From Octopus vulgaris (lineage: Eukaryota): 64,000 nucleotides of DNA. The position numbers and the translations under genes are program-made. How positions within the stretch are numbered: position 1 is the stretch's first letter; each line of letters begins with the position of its first letter. The notes beneath the pieces were generated by a model. The model made no database searches. It was not told the origin of the DNA and saw only the letters and a list, made by a program, of their open reading frames with translations. This document shows, in pieces, positions 1-11,775 of the stretch. The DNA lies in assembly GCA_951406725.2 (NCBI GenBank), contig OX597829.1, forward strand, positions 3,720,001 through 3,784,000, written 5' to 3'.

Positions 1-83
1 GACTGTATCAGAGGCAACATAATTTGGAAGCAAGCTTCTCCTCCATTAGCCATACTTGTATATGTTTGTGTATGTGTATACAC

Positions 84-133
<50 letters not shown>

Positions 134-664
134 AAAATAGGATAAAATCTTCATAAGAATTTATTTAGTAGGTAGCGTGAAAAACCTCGTAAGAGAAAAA
201 ACCATTAATTTTTTTCTTTTAAATTTATATACTTATATTAAATAGAGGGCACTATTACACATAGATGCACGCTTAGGAGGGACTCTTAAAGTCAAAACTT
301 TATTTTAGTAGTTTTGACTTTAAGAGTCCCTCCTAGCATGAGGCATCTATGTGTAATAGTGCCCTCTATTTAATATATATATATATATAAAATAAAACGT
401 GTGTATGTGTGCTTATGTTCATATTTTTCTCTTGTGCTCAATGGTTTGTAAACAATGACTTTCTGTCAGTATTATTGCTAAGACAGCTGGTTTTCTTGAC
501 ATCTCTTGGCCTGTGCAATCTTTGTAAACAAAAGGCTCCTTAAATAGGGTGATTTGTTTCCAGTTCTCCTTGTAATGCATATCTAGGTTGACTTTTGCTC
601 AGTGGACTAGGAGGGTATTTCTTTTTTTAGAGACAAGTGTAGGTTAGCAAGAGTAAGTACATCT

Positions 665-1071
665 GGATCTTTTCGGTTTGAACAGCAGTTTTTTAAAATA
701 ATTTCCACGTCATTAAACACTTTTAAACTTGGTATACTGGTAGAATGTGTTTATAAAACATCGTTTTCTCTTGGCTTTATTGAGAAAATTTTATAGTTTG
801 TAAGATATTTGTTGTTTTTTTTCTTCAATTTCTGCAATTTCAACCAATCAGTCTGTTGAGGTAAAAAAACATTCTGTGCCGTATGAATATATCCCTCGTT
901 TTAGAAACAGATTGGGTTTATTTACATTTGTGAAGAAAAAAGATACCAATCCCCCCACCCCTAACCCTAAAAGAGATTGAAATGCAATAGATCGATACTA
1001 GGGTCATAATTATGGGTGACAATTTCATATGACACCGCTAGAAAAAACTGCCGTTCAAACCGAAAAGATCC
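665..1071 (+). mobile_element. Non-autonomous DNA transposon (MITE family A, GGATC-terminal TIRs, 8-bp TSD, internal CCCTAA tract), copy 1
   Basis: TIRs ggatcttttcggtttgaac... / ...gttcaaaccgaaaagatcc; flanks gtacatct and ggacatct (7/8 TSD). Confidence 0.85.
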
Positions 1072-1197
1072 GGACATCTTGCCATGAGAATAACTCCCAA
1101 AGTACTCTCTTCAGACCCATACTAGCATCAAAAAGTTGTTAAAATGTTGGTGATAAGGTAATTACAGACTTTCTTTTCTGGTTTTCTCTTTTTTTAG

Positions 1198-3590
1198 GTT
1201 GCTTATGAAGACTTCAGATTGCACATGTCAAAAATGTACCAACAGTACGAACGCCAGAGAGTTGAAAACATAGTCGACCCACATGAACGAAAACAACATC
1301 CAATTAGCACCATCTCTGGCATTTCAGATGCTGCAGAGAATTATCAGTCTGTGCCACAGTGTTCAGTGAAAATATCTGAAATTTCTGCAAAACCCGACCA
1401 AGAGCCTACGAAATCTTTGGAATCTGAACAGAAAACGAAAAGCGGTAAATTTCCTGATAAACGAAGGGAAAGCGTTGAGAAAGGTGAAGCTGAGTTGGAT
1501 GTATCGGAAAAATGCGACAAAGATAAAGAGACAAACAATGCTGAAATAACAGAAAATCAGACAGAATCTCCTGTGAAGGAAATCATCGAGGGTGTTGATT
1601 CTGGGGAGAAAAAACACCAAGAAAATGAACACACGAAAGATGTAGATGAACCAAAATATGAAGACTATAAAAGTAATCAGCTGGAGAAAGAGGTTGATGA
1701 ATCGAAAAAATACGAGGAATTTAAAAGCATCAAGGAAATAATCAATACAGTGAAAAATGATGTTTATCTGGAATCGGACGATAATAAAAATGATGGCAGA
1801 GACCAGCAATTGGCTGGAGATTCTGGTAAAGAGAAAGCAGAAGATGATGGTATTGAAACTGAAAAAGACAAAGAGGAAAGTGATGGGCAAGAATTAAAAG
1901 ATAAGAAAGATGATGCTGATGGTGATGGTGATGATGTTAATGTAAAAGGAGAGAAAGGAAGTGAAAAGAAAAGTGAACTGGGTGATGGTGTAAAGGAAGT
2001 AAGTGTTGAAGAGGATGGGAAGGAAAAAGAAGCCCCTGAAAAGAGTACTGATGATGTGGATGATGATGTTGATGATGGTGTTGTTGCTTCGAAGAAGGAA
2101 TCATGTTGTGAAGGAGAAGGAGATGAAATAGTTAAAGAGCACAAAGATGTGGTTGAGAGTAAAGAGGGACAAGATGAAGGAGATGAGAAAATTAAAGAAG
2201 GAGAAGGAGATGAGAAAATGAAAGGAGAAGGAGATGAGAAAATTAAAGGAGAAGGAGATGATAAAGAAGAGAAAGAAGTGGAAGAAGGAGAGATGAGAAG
2301 TGAAAGAGCAGATGGAAATACGAGTGTTGATGAAGACAATGAAAAAGACACGAAAAATGAAGAAGAAGAAGAAGGAAAAGAAGAAAAAGAAGAAGGAAAA
2401 GAAGAAAAAGAAGAAAGTCATAAAACAGCTAGTGATGAAACTAAAGAAGATGTTGATGATGAGGTTAAAATGAATGAAAAAGTGTCATCGGAAGATGAAC
2501 GTAAGAATGAGCAAGATGTCAGTGATAAGAGTGAAACAGATGCTAATTGTAATGATGGGCGAGGTGACGAGCCTGTCAGCTCAAAGACTGAATCTGAAAG
2601 CAAGAATGATACAGAAACTTCATCTGAATCGGATGTTAAACAGCATGAAGCAAGCAGTGGTGGGGTTGACAAGAGTAATGACAAAGATAAAGACACACAA
2701 GAAACTGATGAAAGTAAAAATTTAGGAGATGATCAGAATGAAATTGTTGAGGGTGGAGATTTATCTGCACAGGATGAAGAGAATGTAGAAAGCATGGCTG
2801 TTAACGAGGGTGCTGGTTATGATGAAGGCAAAGATTCGGTTCCGTATGTATGTGGAGAAGATCAAGGTGTTTATCCACCTGGACTTGGCTATGAAACTCA
2901 AGCCGGACCGACAGGTTATTTCACTCGAGATGGCGAAATGATTTATTTGAACCACACCGAAACTGGTGAAATGATTTACCAGACGGAAGATGGACGCATG
3001 GTATATCAGTACCCGACGGAAGATGGCCGAATTATCTACCACACCGGTGATGCGGACCCAAAATACGAGGCAGGGAATTTAACAGTTGCTGAAGAAGATG
3101 CCAGCAAACCTGTTTATAATATTGATGCTGATAGTACATCAGCCCCTGAAGAAATAACCAACACCACGACACAACATCCTGGCAGTGAAACCCAACCAAA
3201 TGATAAAGAAAATAAACATTTGTATCCTATGGCCTTATCGGAATCTTCTTCTAGTACTTCAGATGTAAAATCTACTAAATTACCAGCTACGACATCGGCG
3301 TCAATGTCTGCAACAGCTACAACAGCAACATCTTATCCCATCGATGAACTCCCTGATAATCAAGACTATCCAACAGACACTAGCTTACCCTCAGGAGCCA
3401 AACCTCGTACCACTTCATCTGGGTCATCCCGGAGAAGTAGCCATGGGACAACTGGAAGTCGACACCTCTTCAGCCCTGGACCAAGAGCACCACCTTTCAG
3501 AATTCCTGAATTCCGATGGTCCTACTTACATCAGAAACTGCTCTCTGATCTTTTATTTTCTATTGAGACTGACATTCAAGTCTGGAAGAG
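1198..3590 (+). CDS. NBEA: Neurobeachin/LRBA-family exon (giant 2393-nt exon; acidic low-complexity region ending in a conserved FRIPEFRWS...[17 protein letters not shown] motif)
   Basis: Acceptor tttttag|GTT at 1197/1198, in frame with ORF 1219..3684; donor AG|gtatgg at 3590/3591 (phase 2). Reads [14 protein letters not shown]...; the C-terminal motif is typical of neurobeachin/rugose. Confidence 0.92.
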
Positions 3591-5266
3591 GTATGGTGCT
3601 ATTAAATTTACTCTTCATCTTTCAACATTTATGTTTTACTTGTTTCAGTCAAAGTATTATGGCTGTGCCCAGGCACTACTTTGAAGGGGCCTTAGTACAC
3701 TTGCGTCTACTCACCCATTGTTTCTGTTTCTTTATCCCTATTTTCACCTATATTCACTTTGTACCACAATGTCACACCATCACCATATCTCTCTCTGTTT
3801 CTCTATCTGTCTCTCTCTCTGGGAAACCATATATCTCCTCTTCAGCAACACACCTTTTATCTGTCCTTTCACCTCTTCCAGTATACTCTCCTTAAAGGTG
3901 GTGAGGTGGCAGGATTGTTACTGTGCCAGGTAAAATGCTTAGCAGTATTTCATTCATCTTTACATTCTGAGTTCGAATTCCACCAAGGTCAACTTCACCT
4001 TTCATCCTTTCAAGGTTGAAATAAATAAGTACCAACTGAACACTAGCATTGATTTAATCGACTTATACCTATTTCTTTACTACCCACAAGGGGCTAAACA
4101 CAGAGAGGACAAACAAGGACAGACAAACGGATTAAGACGATTACATCAACCCCAGTGCGAACTGGTACTTAATATATCGACCCCGAAAGGATGAAAGGAA
4201 AAGTCGACCTCGGCAGAATTTGAACTCAGAACGTAACGGCAGATGAAATACGGCTACGCATTTCGCCCGCCGTGCTGACGTTTCTGCCAGCTCGCCGACT
4301 TATACCAGCATCACCTTACAGGTACCTGTGCCGGTGGCATGCGTAAAAGATTTGAGCGAGGTCGTTGCCAGTACTGCCCGACGACTGGCCCTTGTGCTGG
4401 TGGCACGTAAAAGCACCCACTACACTCTCGAAGTGGTTGGCGTTTGGAAGGGCATCCAGCTGTAGAAGCTCTGCCAGATCAAGAGTAAAGCCTGGTGCAG
4501 CCACCTGATTTGCCAGCCCTCAGTCATTCGTCCAACCCATGCTAGCATGGAAAGTGGACGTTAAACAACAATGATGATGATGATGCCCTTCCTTAAAATT
4601 GCTGGCCTTGCACCAAAATTTGAAACCAATATTATATTCCACTCAGAAGCATCTCTAGTTTTGCAAGTCCTTAGTGATCCCATTAGTGCTGGTCTCCTGA
4701 CCCTGTCCCTTTTCTCTTCTCTCCTCCCCTCCTTGTTATCCCAACACCTCATCTCTACCATCATGTATTTCCTCTATTGACACTCGTACCACTATCATAC
4801 ATTAGCTTCTCAGCACTTGGTGTAAAACCAGATCCCTCAATACTACATTACCCCATGTGGGAAGGCACTTCGTAAGTTCGTAGGCGATCTCTCTGTGACA
4901 GTGCTACATTAAAAAGCACTCAATATAAAATAATTAGCTGCATGAAGGGCAACCTGTTGTAGGAAGTAGGCATCGGAGCTCAATATAGTCCATCGTCATA
5001 GTTTCTGTTGAACCATCCAGCTCATGCTAGCATGGAAAATGGGTGGTGATGATGATGATGGTGATGATGATGAGCTTCTTTCAGTGTCCATTCACCAAAT
5101 CCATTTACTAGTTTGATCAACCAAATGTGATTGTAGAAGGCACTTGCCCAAAGCACCACATAGTGGGACTGAACCCATAACAATGTGGTTGGGAAGCAAA
5201 CTTCTTACCACTCTGTCATGCCTGCACCTAATACATAAGCAATGTCGTTTATTTCCAATATTCTAA

Positions 5267-5497
5267 GGTGGCGAGCTGGCAGAAACGTTAGCATGCCGGG
5301 CAAAATGCATAACTGTATTTCGTCTGTTGTTACGTTCCGAGTTCAAATTCTGCCGAGGTCGGCTTTGCCTTTCATCCTCTCAGGGTCGATAAATTAAGTA
5401 CCAGTTACGCACTGGGGTCGATGTAATCGACTTAATCCCTTTGTCTGTCCTTGTTTGTCCCCTCTGTGTTTAGCCCCTTGTGGGTAGTAAAGAAATA
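5267..5497 (+). mobile_element. tRNA-derived SINE with a Meta/MESC-like central domain; representative copy
   Basis: A-box-like tggcagaaacgttagc, B-box-like gagttcaaattc, core gcctttcatcc...ggtcgataaattaagtaccag. Other copies at about 3897-4066(+), 4068-4297(-), 11430-11646(-), 19049-19467(+), 27615-27820(+), 40742-41960(+), 57035-57220(+) and 58745-58885(-). Confidence 0.8.
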
Positions 5498-5799
5498 TGT
5501 TTCCAATATTCTGTGAGAACATAATATCTGGCCATGTGAAAATATTACCTTATTTGGAAATGGATGAATATTGATAACAAGAAGGATATGCAGCTGAAGA
5601 AAATCTGCCTCCATAGACTTTATTTCATCCATACATGCACAGAAAAATAGACAGTGATGATGATGATGACGTTTGTGAAATTGGATATTTTAATTTACAT
5701 TTTGTTGGTGTCAGTGTGCGTTTAGTAATGGCCCTTAGTTTTCATGCTGCATTATGGCAGATTTGTGCTCTTAAAGATCTTGCTGCCATTGTAAATATA

Positions 5800-6546
5800 T
5801 TGAGTCATCCCATAAATAATGCAGTTTTTTCAATTACATGAACTAGAAGTCAGAGGGGGATGGGATAAATTACCTGCATCAACTTCCTATAAAAGCAGGT
5901 TGTAATTTTACCTTGTACTTATTCTTAGTGCAAGTTTTGAAGAGTGCAGTTCGATTTTAACAGTTATTTTTTCAAAGCTGTAATGGAAGTGACAAAGGAG
6001 CATATTCAGCATAGTTTGCTTTATAATTTCATTAAACGCAACAGTGCAACGGAAAGTGCAAGGAATATTATTGCAGTATTTGGGGATCGGACAATAAGCA
6101 TAAGCCAATATCAATGGTAGTTCCAGAAATTCTGATCCGGAAACTACAGCCTAGAAGACAAGCTTTGTCCTGGGAAATCTGTAGAACTTAACAAGGATGT
6201 CCTGCCTACCCTGGTGGAACAAAATCCCATTGTAACTATTGAGGAACTAGCAGAGAAGCTTGGATTTGGTCACTCAACCATTCATCGACACCTGCATGCC
6301 ACCGGAAAAGTCAGCAAATTGGGTCAATGGGTTCCTCACAAACTTCCTGAGTCTAATTGCTCACAGAGAGTGAATGTGTGCTCTTCTTTGCTGACACGTC
6401 TCACAAATGAACCTTTTTTGGACCGAATGTTGACAGGTGACGAGAAATGGGTTCTCTGTAAATATGTCAAGTGCCAAAGACAGCGAGTAGTGAAAGTAGA
6501 GAAACATTGGCACCCCAGGCTAATGAAGGTCTTCACTTCTATGTAA
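5800..6546 (+). mobile_element. Mariner transposon remnant (5' TIR-like end plus disrupted transposase)
   Basis: ATG at 5983 (MEVTKEHIQH...) followed by stops; ORF 6214..6546 has the HTH, WVPHKL (WVPHEL motif) and TGDEKW (first catalytic Asp). Confidence 0.9.
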
Positions 6547-6691
6547 CATCAAAGACCCATTATTGTCTTCATTTTAATGTCCACTTTCCATGCTTGAGTG
6601 AATGAGACAGAATCTGTTGAGGCAGAGTTTTTATGGCCTGATGTCCTCCTGTCACCAATGTTCATCTGCTTCCAAGCAAGGTAATATTTCT

Positions 6692-7139
6692 GGATCTTTT
6701 CGGTTTAACCGGCAGTTTTTAAAAATAATTTCCACGTAACTAAAAAATTTTAAACTTCGTATACTGGTAGAATGTGTTACATAAAACATCTTTTTCTCTT
6801 GGCTTTATTGAGAAAATTCTATAGTTTGTAAGATATTTGTTCTTTTTTTTCTTCAATTTCTGCAATTTCAACCAATCAATGACATCTATTGAGGTGCAAA
6901 CATTCTGTGCCGTATGAATATGTCCCTCATTTAAGAAACAGATTGGGTTTATTTACATTTCTGAAGAAAAAAAAATATACCTTTCCCCCAACCTTTAATC
7001 CTAACCATAACCCTAACTAAACCTAACTCTAATCCTAAAACAGATTGAAATACAATAGATCGATACTAGGGTAATAATTATGGGTGACAATTTCATATGA
7101 CACCGCTAGAAAAAACTGCCGTTCAAACCGAAAAGATCC
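6692..7139 (+). mobile_element. MITE family A, copy 2
   Basis: Same TIRs and interior as 665-1071; perfect 8-bp TSD atatttct at 6684-6691 and 7140-7147. Confidence 0.9.
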
Positions 7140-7332
7140 ATATTTCTTTATAACCAAACATATTTTTTATGGAAGACTGGAAATATACAAAATGCTTATT
7201 ATTCAGCCATTGCATAAGGGTACACACATCTCTCTGTCTCTCCCTTTTCCCTCTCACATACACTTACATGTAGAACTGGAAAGGCATATAGAAAAGAGAA
7301 TCAACCAACTTATTGTATGTTCTTTATTTCAG

Positions 7333-7486
7333 TCATAGCACACGAGCTGTCGTTGATTTTGTCAACTCTGGAGAGAACCACATATACATCGTAAACGTGA
7401 CACACATGATCTCGCAACTTGCTGATAACCTGATAATGTCATGTGGAGGACTTTTGCCTCTCTTAGCCGCAGCCACTTCACCAAAT
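7333..7486 (+). CDS. NBEA: Neurobeachin exon ([52 protein letters not shown])
   Basis: ttcag|T acceptor, AAT|gtatgt donor; phase 2 to 0 fits its neighbours; conserved CGGLLPLL motif. Confidence 0.95.
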
Positions 7487-7790
7487 GTATGTCAAAATGA
7501 TTATTCTTTTTTCTTTTGCTACTTTGTCTAAATACCTGTTTTTTAAGTGCAGCAACTATGGCACACACAAACACATGCACACACACACATACAGACATGC
7601 ATACACACATACATACACACAAACACACATGCACATACAGATATATACAAGCGTATGCATGTGTGTGTGTGTGTGTATAAATATATTAAATTTTAAGTAT
7701 ATAATTATATTCAAAAAATTGATTTTACTGATATGGTCATTTTTTTATATGCTAGCCACTGATATAATAATTTTAATGATTATATCCTCA

Positions 7791-7821
<31 letters not shown>

Positions 7822-7862
7822 CAACCTACCTATGCACCCAGCCATGTTTGATTCTCTATCCC

Positions 7863-8109
7863 GGTACTACTAGTGAACAGTGGTCCCGGTGTGTGCACAT
7901 GCGTAGTCGCGCATCTGCGCTAGCTAGTCGTGACTAGTTGATCCTACAACGACCACCTAGCAAAGTAAATAGAACACAAAATAAATAATTTTTGATAAAC
8001 AAAGTAAATAAAACACAAAAACACAAAGTAAGGATCGACTAGTCATGACTAGCGCGGATGCGCGACTACGTGTGTGCGTGCACCGGGACCACTGTTCGCT
8101 AGTAGTACC
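7863..8109. mobile_element. Merlin-like MITE with long (~80 bp) GC-rich TIRs
   Basis: TIRs ggtactactagtgaacagtggtcccggtg... / ...caccgggaccactgttcgctagtagtacc; flanks tctatccc and tctgtccc (7/8 TSD). GGTAC fits the Merlin GGNRM terminus. Confidence 0.8.
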
Positions 8110-9914
8110 TCTGTCCCTATTCTCTCTCGTTATCCATCTTCTTGTACTCTGAGAGTACAGCCTGACTCCTCACTACCATCATCCTTTCTTGCTGGGGTAG
8201 CCATGCATCTCCACTTTAGCAAGATATCTGTTCCTGTCCCTCCGTCATGTTTTAACCCCTCAACATTTGGCACAGTGCCACCTCCTTTGTTTGTGCACTT
8301 CACTTTATCAAGGGGTCTTGTCTTGTAAGTTATTTGGTAAGTTTACTAGTGCTGGTGCCATGCAAATAGTCTTCAGTACACTCTTTTAAGTGACATTAGG
8401 GAGGGCATCCAGCCATGTAAATTTTGTGAAAGCAGATATTGCAGCCCTCTGGTTAGTTGGACCCTATCAAACCATTCAACCCATGCTGGCCTGGAATATG
8501 AACGTTAAATGCTGCTGATGATGTGTATGTTTGTATGTATGCATGTGTGTATAACTGTGTCTCCTTGTCTTGACAATGTATGATGGTTGTATAAGTAGAA
8601 ACAGTGTCATTCACTTCCACTACTTTGTGAAAACATGTCTGGTCATGGGGTTATATTAACCCGTTTAGAAAAAGGTAAAGATAGGTGACAGGAAGGGCAA
8701 ATTGACTGTTGAAGATCTGCCACAATAAATTCAATCCAACCTCTGCAAGCGTAGAGAAGTGGATAAATGATGATGATGATGATCTGTGCTATAAATTCTC
8801 CTTCTCCTTGGAACAAATTTCTTTTGTCATCCATCTTAACACTCTCAGCATTATACCTCTTGTCCATTGGGGGGGGGCCCCTTTCCTCTGATCACCCTCT
8901 CATATTTACCTTTGACTGCCTCATTCCATCACATGAAATCTCGTACAATACATTATTTTACGATTGCATTTGGTAGACTGAAACTGAAAGAAGTGTGTGT
9001 GTGTCTCCTTGTCTTGACATTGCATCATCATCATCATCATCATCATTTAGCATCTGCTTTCCATGCTAGCATGGGTTGGACGGTTCAACTGGGGTCTGGT
9101 AAGCCAGGAGGCTGCATCAGGCCCAGTCTGATCTGGCAGTGTTTCTACGACTGGATGCCCTTCCTAACGCCAACCACTCCATGAGTGTAGTGGGTGCTTT
9201 TTACGTGCCACCCGCACAGGTGCCAGACAGAGCTGGCAAATGGCCACGAACGGATGGTGCTTTTACGTGCCACCGGCACGGGGGCCAGGCGAGGCTGGCA
9301 ACGGCCACAAACAGATGGTGCTATGTGCCACCGGCACAGGGGCCAGGCGAGGCTGGCAACGGACACGAACGGATGGTGCTTTTACGTGCCACCGGCACGG
9401 AGGCCACTCGGGGCGGCACTGGCAACGGCCACGATCGGATGGTTCGCTTAACCACAGCTGCAATTTCCATTGATGTTGATCGACTTCGATTTTGGTTCTG
9501 CTTTCTGATATCTGATTTGATTTGGTTTGATTTTGATTTGATGATAGTTGTAAATGAGTAGTAGGAGGAGAAAAGGGAATAGGGGGTTAAAGGGGAGGTT
9601 GAGAGGAGGGGTGAAAAGCAGAGGATGAGGTGGTGATGGTGGTGGTGGTAGTGGAAGAGGAGGAGGCGGATGACGACAACGATGACGTAACGCTTTCAAA
9701 ACGGAGTTGGCTGTCATTTTATATTACAAAGACTTAAAACAAACAAGCAAAAAAAAAAAAGTTTGCAATAACCTGATCACAAGAAAAGATACTGTAAACA
9801 TTTAATTAACAAAACCCATTTTTAGGTTCTATCATTTACATTAAAAAAAAATAACAGCTTGTATAAATTTGTATTGATTGTTTTTGTTTTTAACTATGTA
9901 ACTTATATTTCTAG

Positions 9915-10095
9915 GGAGAACTGGATATTCTTGAACCAAACCAAGGCTTAAGTATCGAGCAGGCTGTTTCCATTCTACAAAGAATTATGAATATGACCGA
10001 CATCGTCGTTTTCACTAGCTCCACAAACTTCTCTGAACTGGAACAAGAGAAAAACATGCCGCCCGGTGGAATTTTGAGGCAGTGTTTACGTTTGG
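9915..10095 (+). CDS. NBEA: Neurobeachin exon ([60 protein letters not shown])
   Basis: ttctag|GGA acceptor, G|gtaagt donor; phase 0 to 1; conserved [16 protein letters not shown]. Translated by hand, absent from the ORF track. Confidence 0.95.
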
Positions 10096-10198
10096 GTAAG
10101 TCTGCACCTCTTCTCTACTTTTCCTTCTCTCTGCAGTTAGAAACATTTCTGCCCTTGTGATTTGCATTATCAGACGTTTTATTGGCAATAAGCGTTTC

Positions 10199-10900
10199 AC
10201 AGTGACTGAGACCTTTGGAAATATGCCGTGCGTGAGAAGACCCGGCAAGCCAAATGAAACCATAATCTCATGGCCTATGCCAGGGGCGTAACCAGCCCAC
10301 TTATGCGTACCTTTTCCTTCTTTGGACACTAAAACTCTGCTTGCGAAGACCTGTTGAGGCAAGTGAAATCAATCAAAATCAAAATCAAATTCGATGACTG
10401 GTGTCCGTGCTAGGAGGATGCAAAGAGCACCATATGAGTGTGATCGTTGCCAGAGCAGCCAACTGGCTTTCATGCCAGTGGCACTTAAAGGGCATCATTC
10501 GAGGGTGATCGTTACCAGCGTCGCCTTACTGGCACTTGTGCCCATGCTAGTAGGGTGCCAAGAGCACCATCCGAGCGTGATCGTTGCCAGAGCAGCCAAC
10601 TGGCTTCCGTGATCGCCACCAATGCTACCTTACTGGCACCTGTGCTGGTGGCATGTGTAAAAGGATTTGAGCGAGGTCGTTGCCAGTTCTGCCTGACTGG
10701 CCCTGTGTCGATGGCACATAAAAAGCACCCACTACACTCTTGGAGTGGTTGGTGTTAGGAAGGGCATCCAGGTATAGAAACTCTGCCAGATCAAGATTGA
10801 AGCTCTGGTGCAGCCATCTGGTTCGCCAGCCCTCAGTCAAAATCGTCCAACCCATGCTAGCATGGAAAGCGGATGTTAAACGATGATGATGATGATGATG
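10199..10900 (+). mobile_element. RTE LINE 3' end (last codons DLWKYAVREKTRQAK*, long 3' UTR with ggtggcacgtaaaagcac repeats, (GAT)n tail); representative copy
   Basis: The same 3'-UTR family recurs at about 4304-4586(+), 9023-9500(-), 16951-17440(+), 28848-29190(-), 32036-32307(+), 37540-37855(+), 39075-39425(+), 55565-55995(-) and 63585-64000(-). Confidence 0.8.
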
Positions 10901-11775
10901 AAAGAAAGCAGAGATGTAGTTGTGTTATTCAGAAATTTGCTTCTTAAATACTTATTTTGGGTTTCTGTCCCATTGCATGACACCTTGGGCAAGTGTCTTT
11001 GCTACAGCCTCAGGTTAACCAATGATTTATGATTGGATTTGGTAGACTGAAACTGAAAGAAGTGTGTGTGTCTCCCTGTCTTGACATTGCATGATAGTTG
11101 TAAATGAGTATCACTGTCATATAAGCAGTGTCATTCATTCCCCAAATACTGTGAAAATCTGTCTGGCCATGGGGATGATTATCTTGATTCAAAGCATATC
11201 TGATTGTGGGTAAGAGGAATGTCGCACAGTCATAGAAAGCCCACCTCTGTAAATTCTAATCAACCTCTGCAATGGTGGGAAAGTAGATGTTAAAATAACG
11301 ACGTTGATGATGATAGAATAACTAATTACATTTAGCAAAAGTCCTTTCTGCAATTCTGCCAATTTTCACAATAATATGGCCACAAGAAAAGACACTAAGC
11401 ATTGCAACAAACAAATTGATTTTTAGGTATTCTTTTCTACTCTAGGCACAAGGCCTGAAATTTTGGGGGAGAGGTGCCAGTTGATCAGATCAACCCCAGT
11501 ACGCAACTGGTACTTAATTTATCAACCCCAAAAGGATGAAAGGCAAAGTCAACCTCAGCAGAATTTGAACTCAGAACATAAAGACAGACGAAATACTGCT
11601 AAGCATTTTGCCCGGCATGCTAATGTTTCTTCCAGCTTGCCGCCTTTACATTTTTAGGTATTTTCTGCATAATTAATAAAGGGCTGAGATTTTTGCTTAG
11701 AAGCATAACAAGTTAAGACTCAAGAAAAAAAATTTGAACTCTAATAATAATACTTTGTTTTTCTTCTCTTTCCAG

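Noticed and set aside
1344-3042. Antisense Ser/Phe-rich ORFs
   Set aside because: Shadow frames of the purine-rich giant exon; the same applies to 33678-34445.
3591-3684. C-terminal extension of the 821-aa ORF as a stand-alone gene
   Set aside because: It is read-through past the donor at 3591; neurobeachin similarity continues in the exon at 7333.
5267-5360. tRNA gene
   Set aside because: The A/B-box-like sequence is the head of a multicopy SINE, and no complete cloverleaf is evident.
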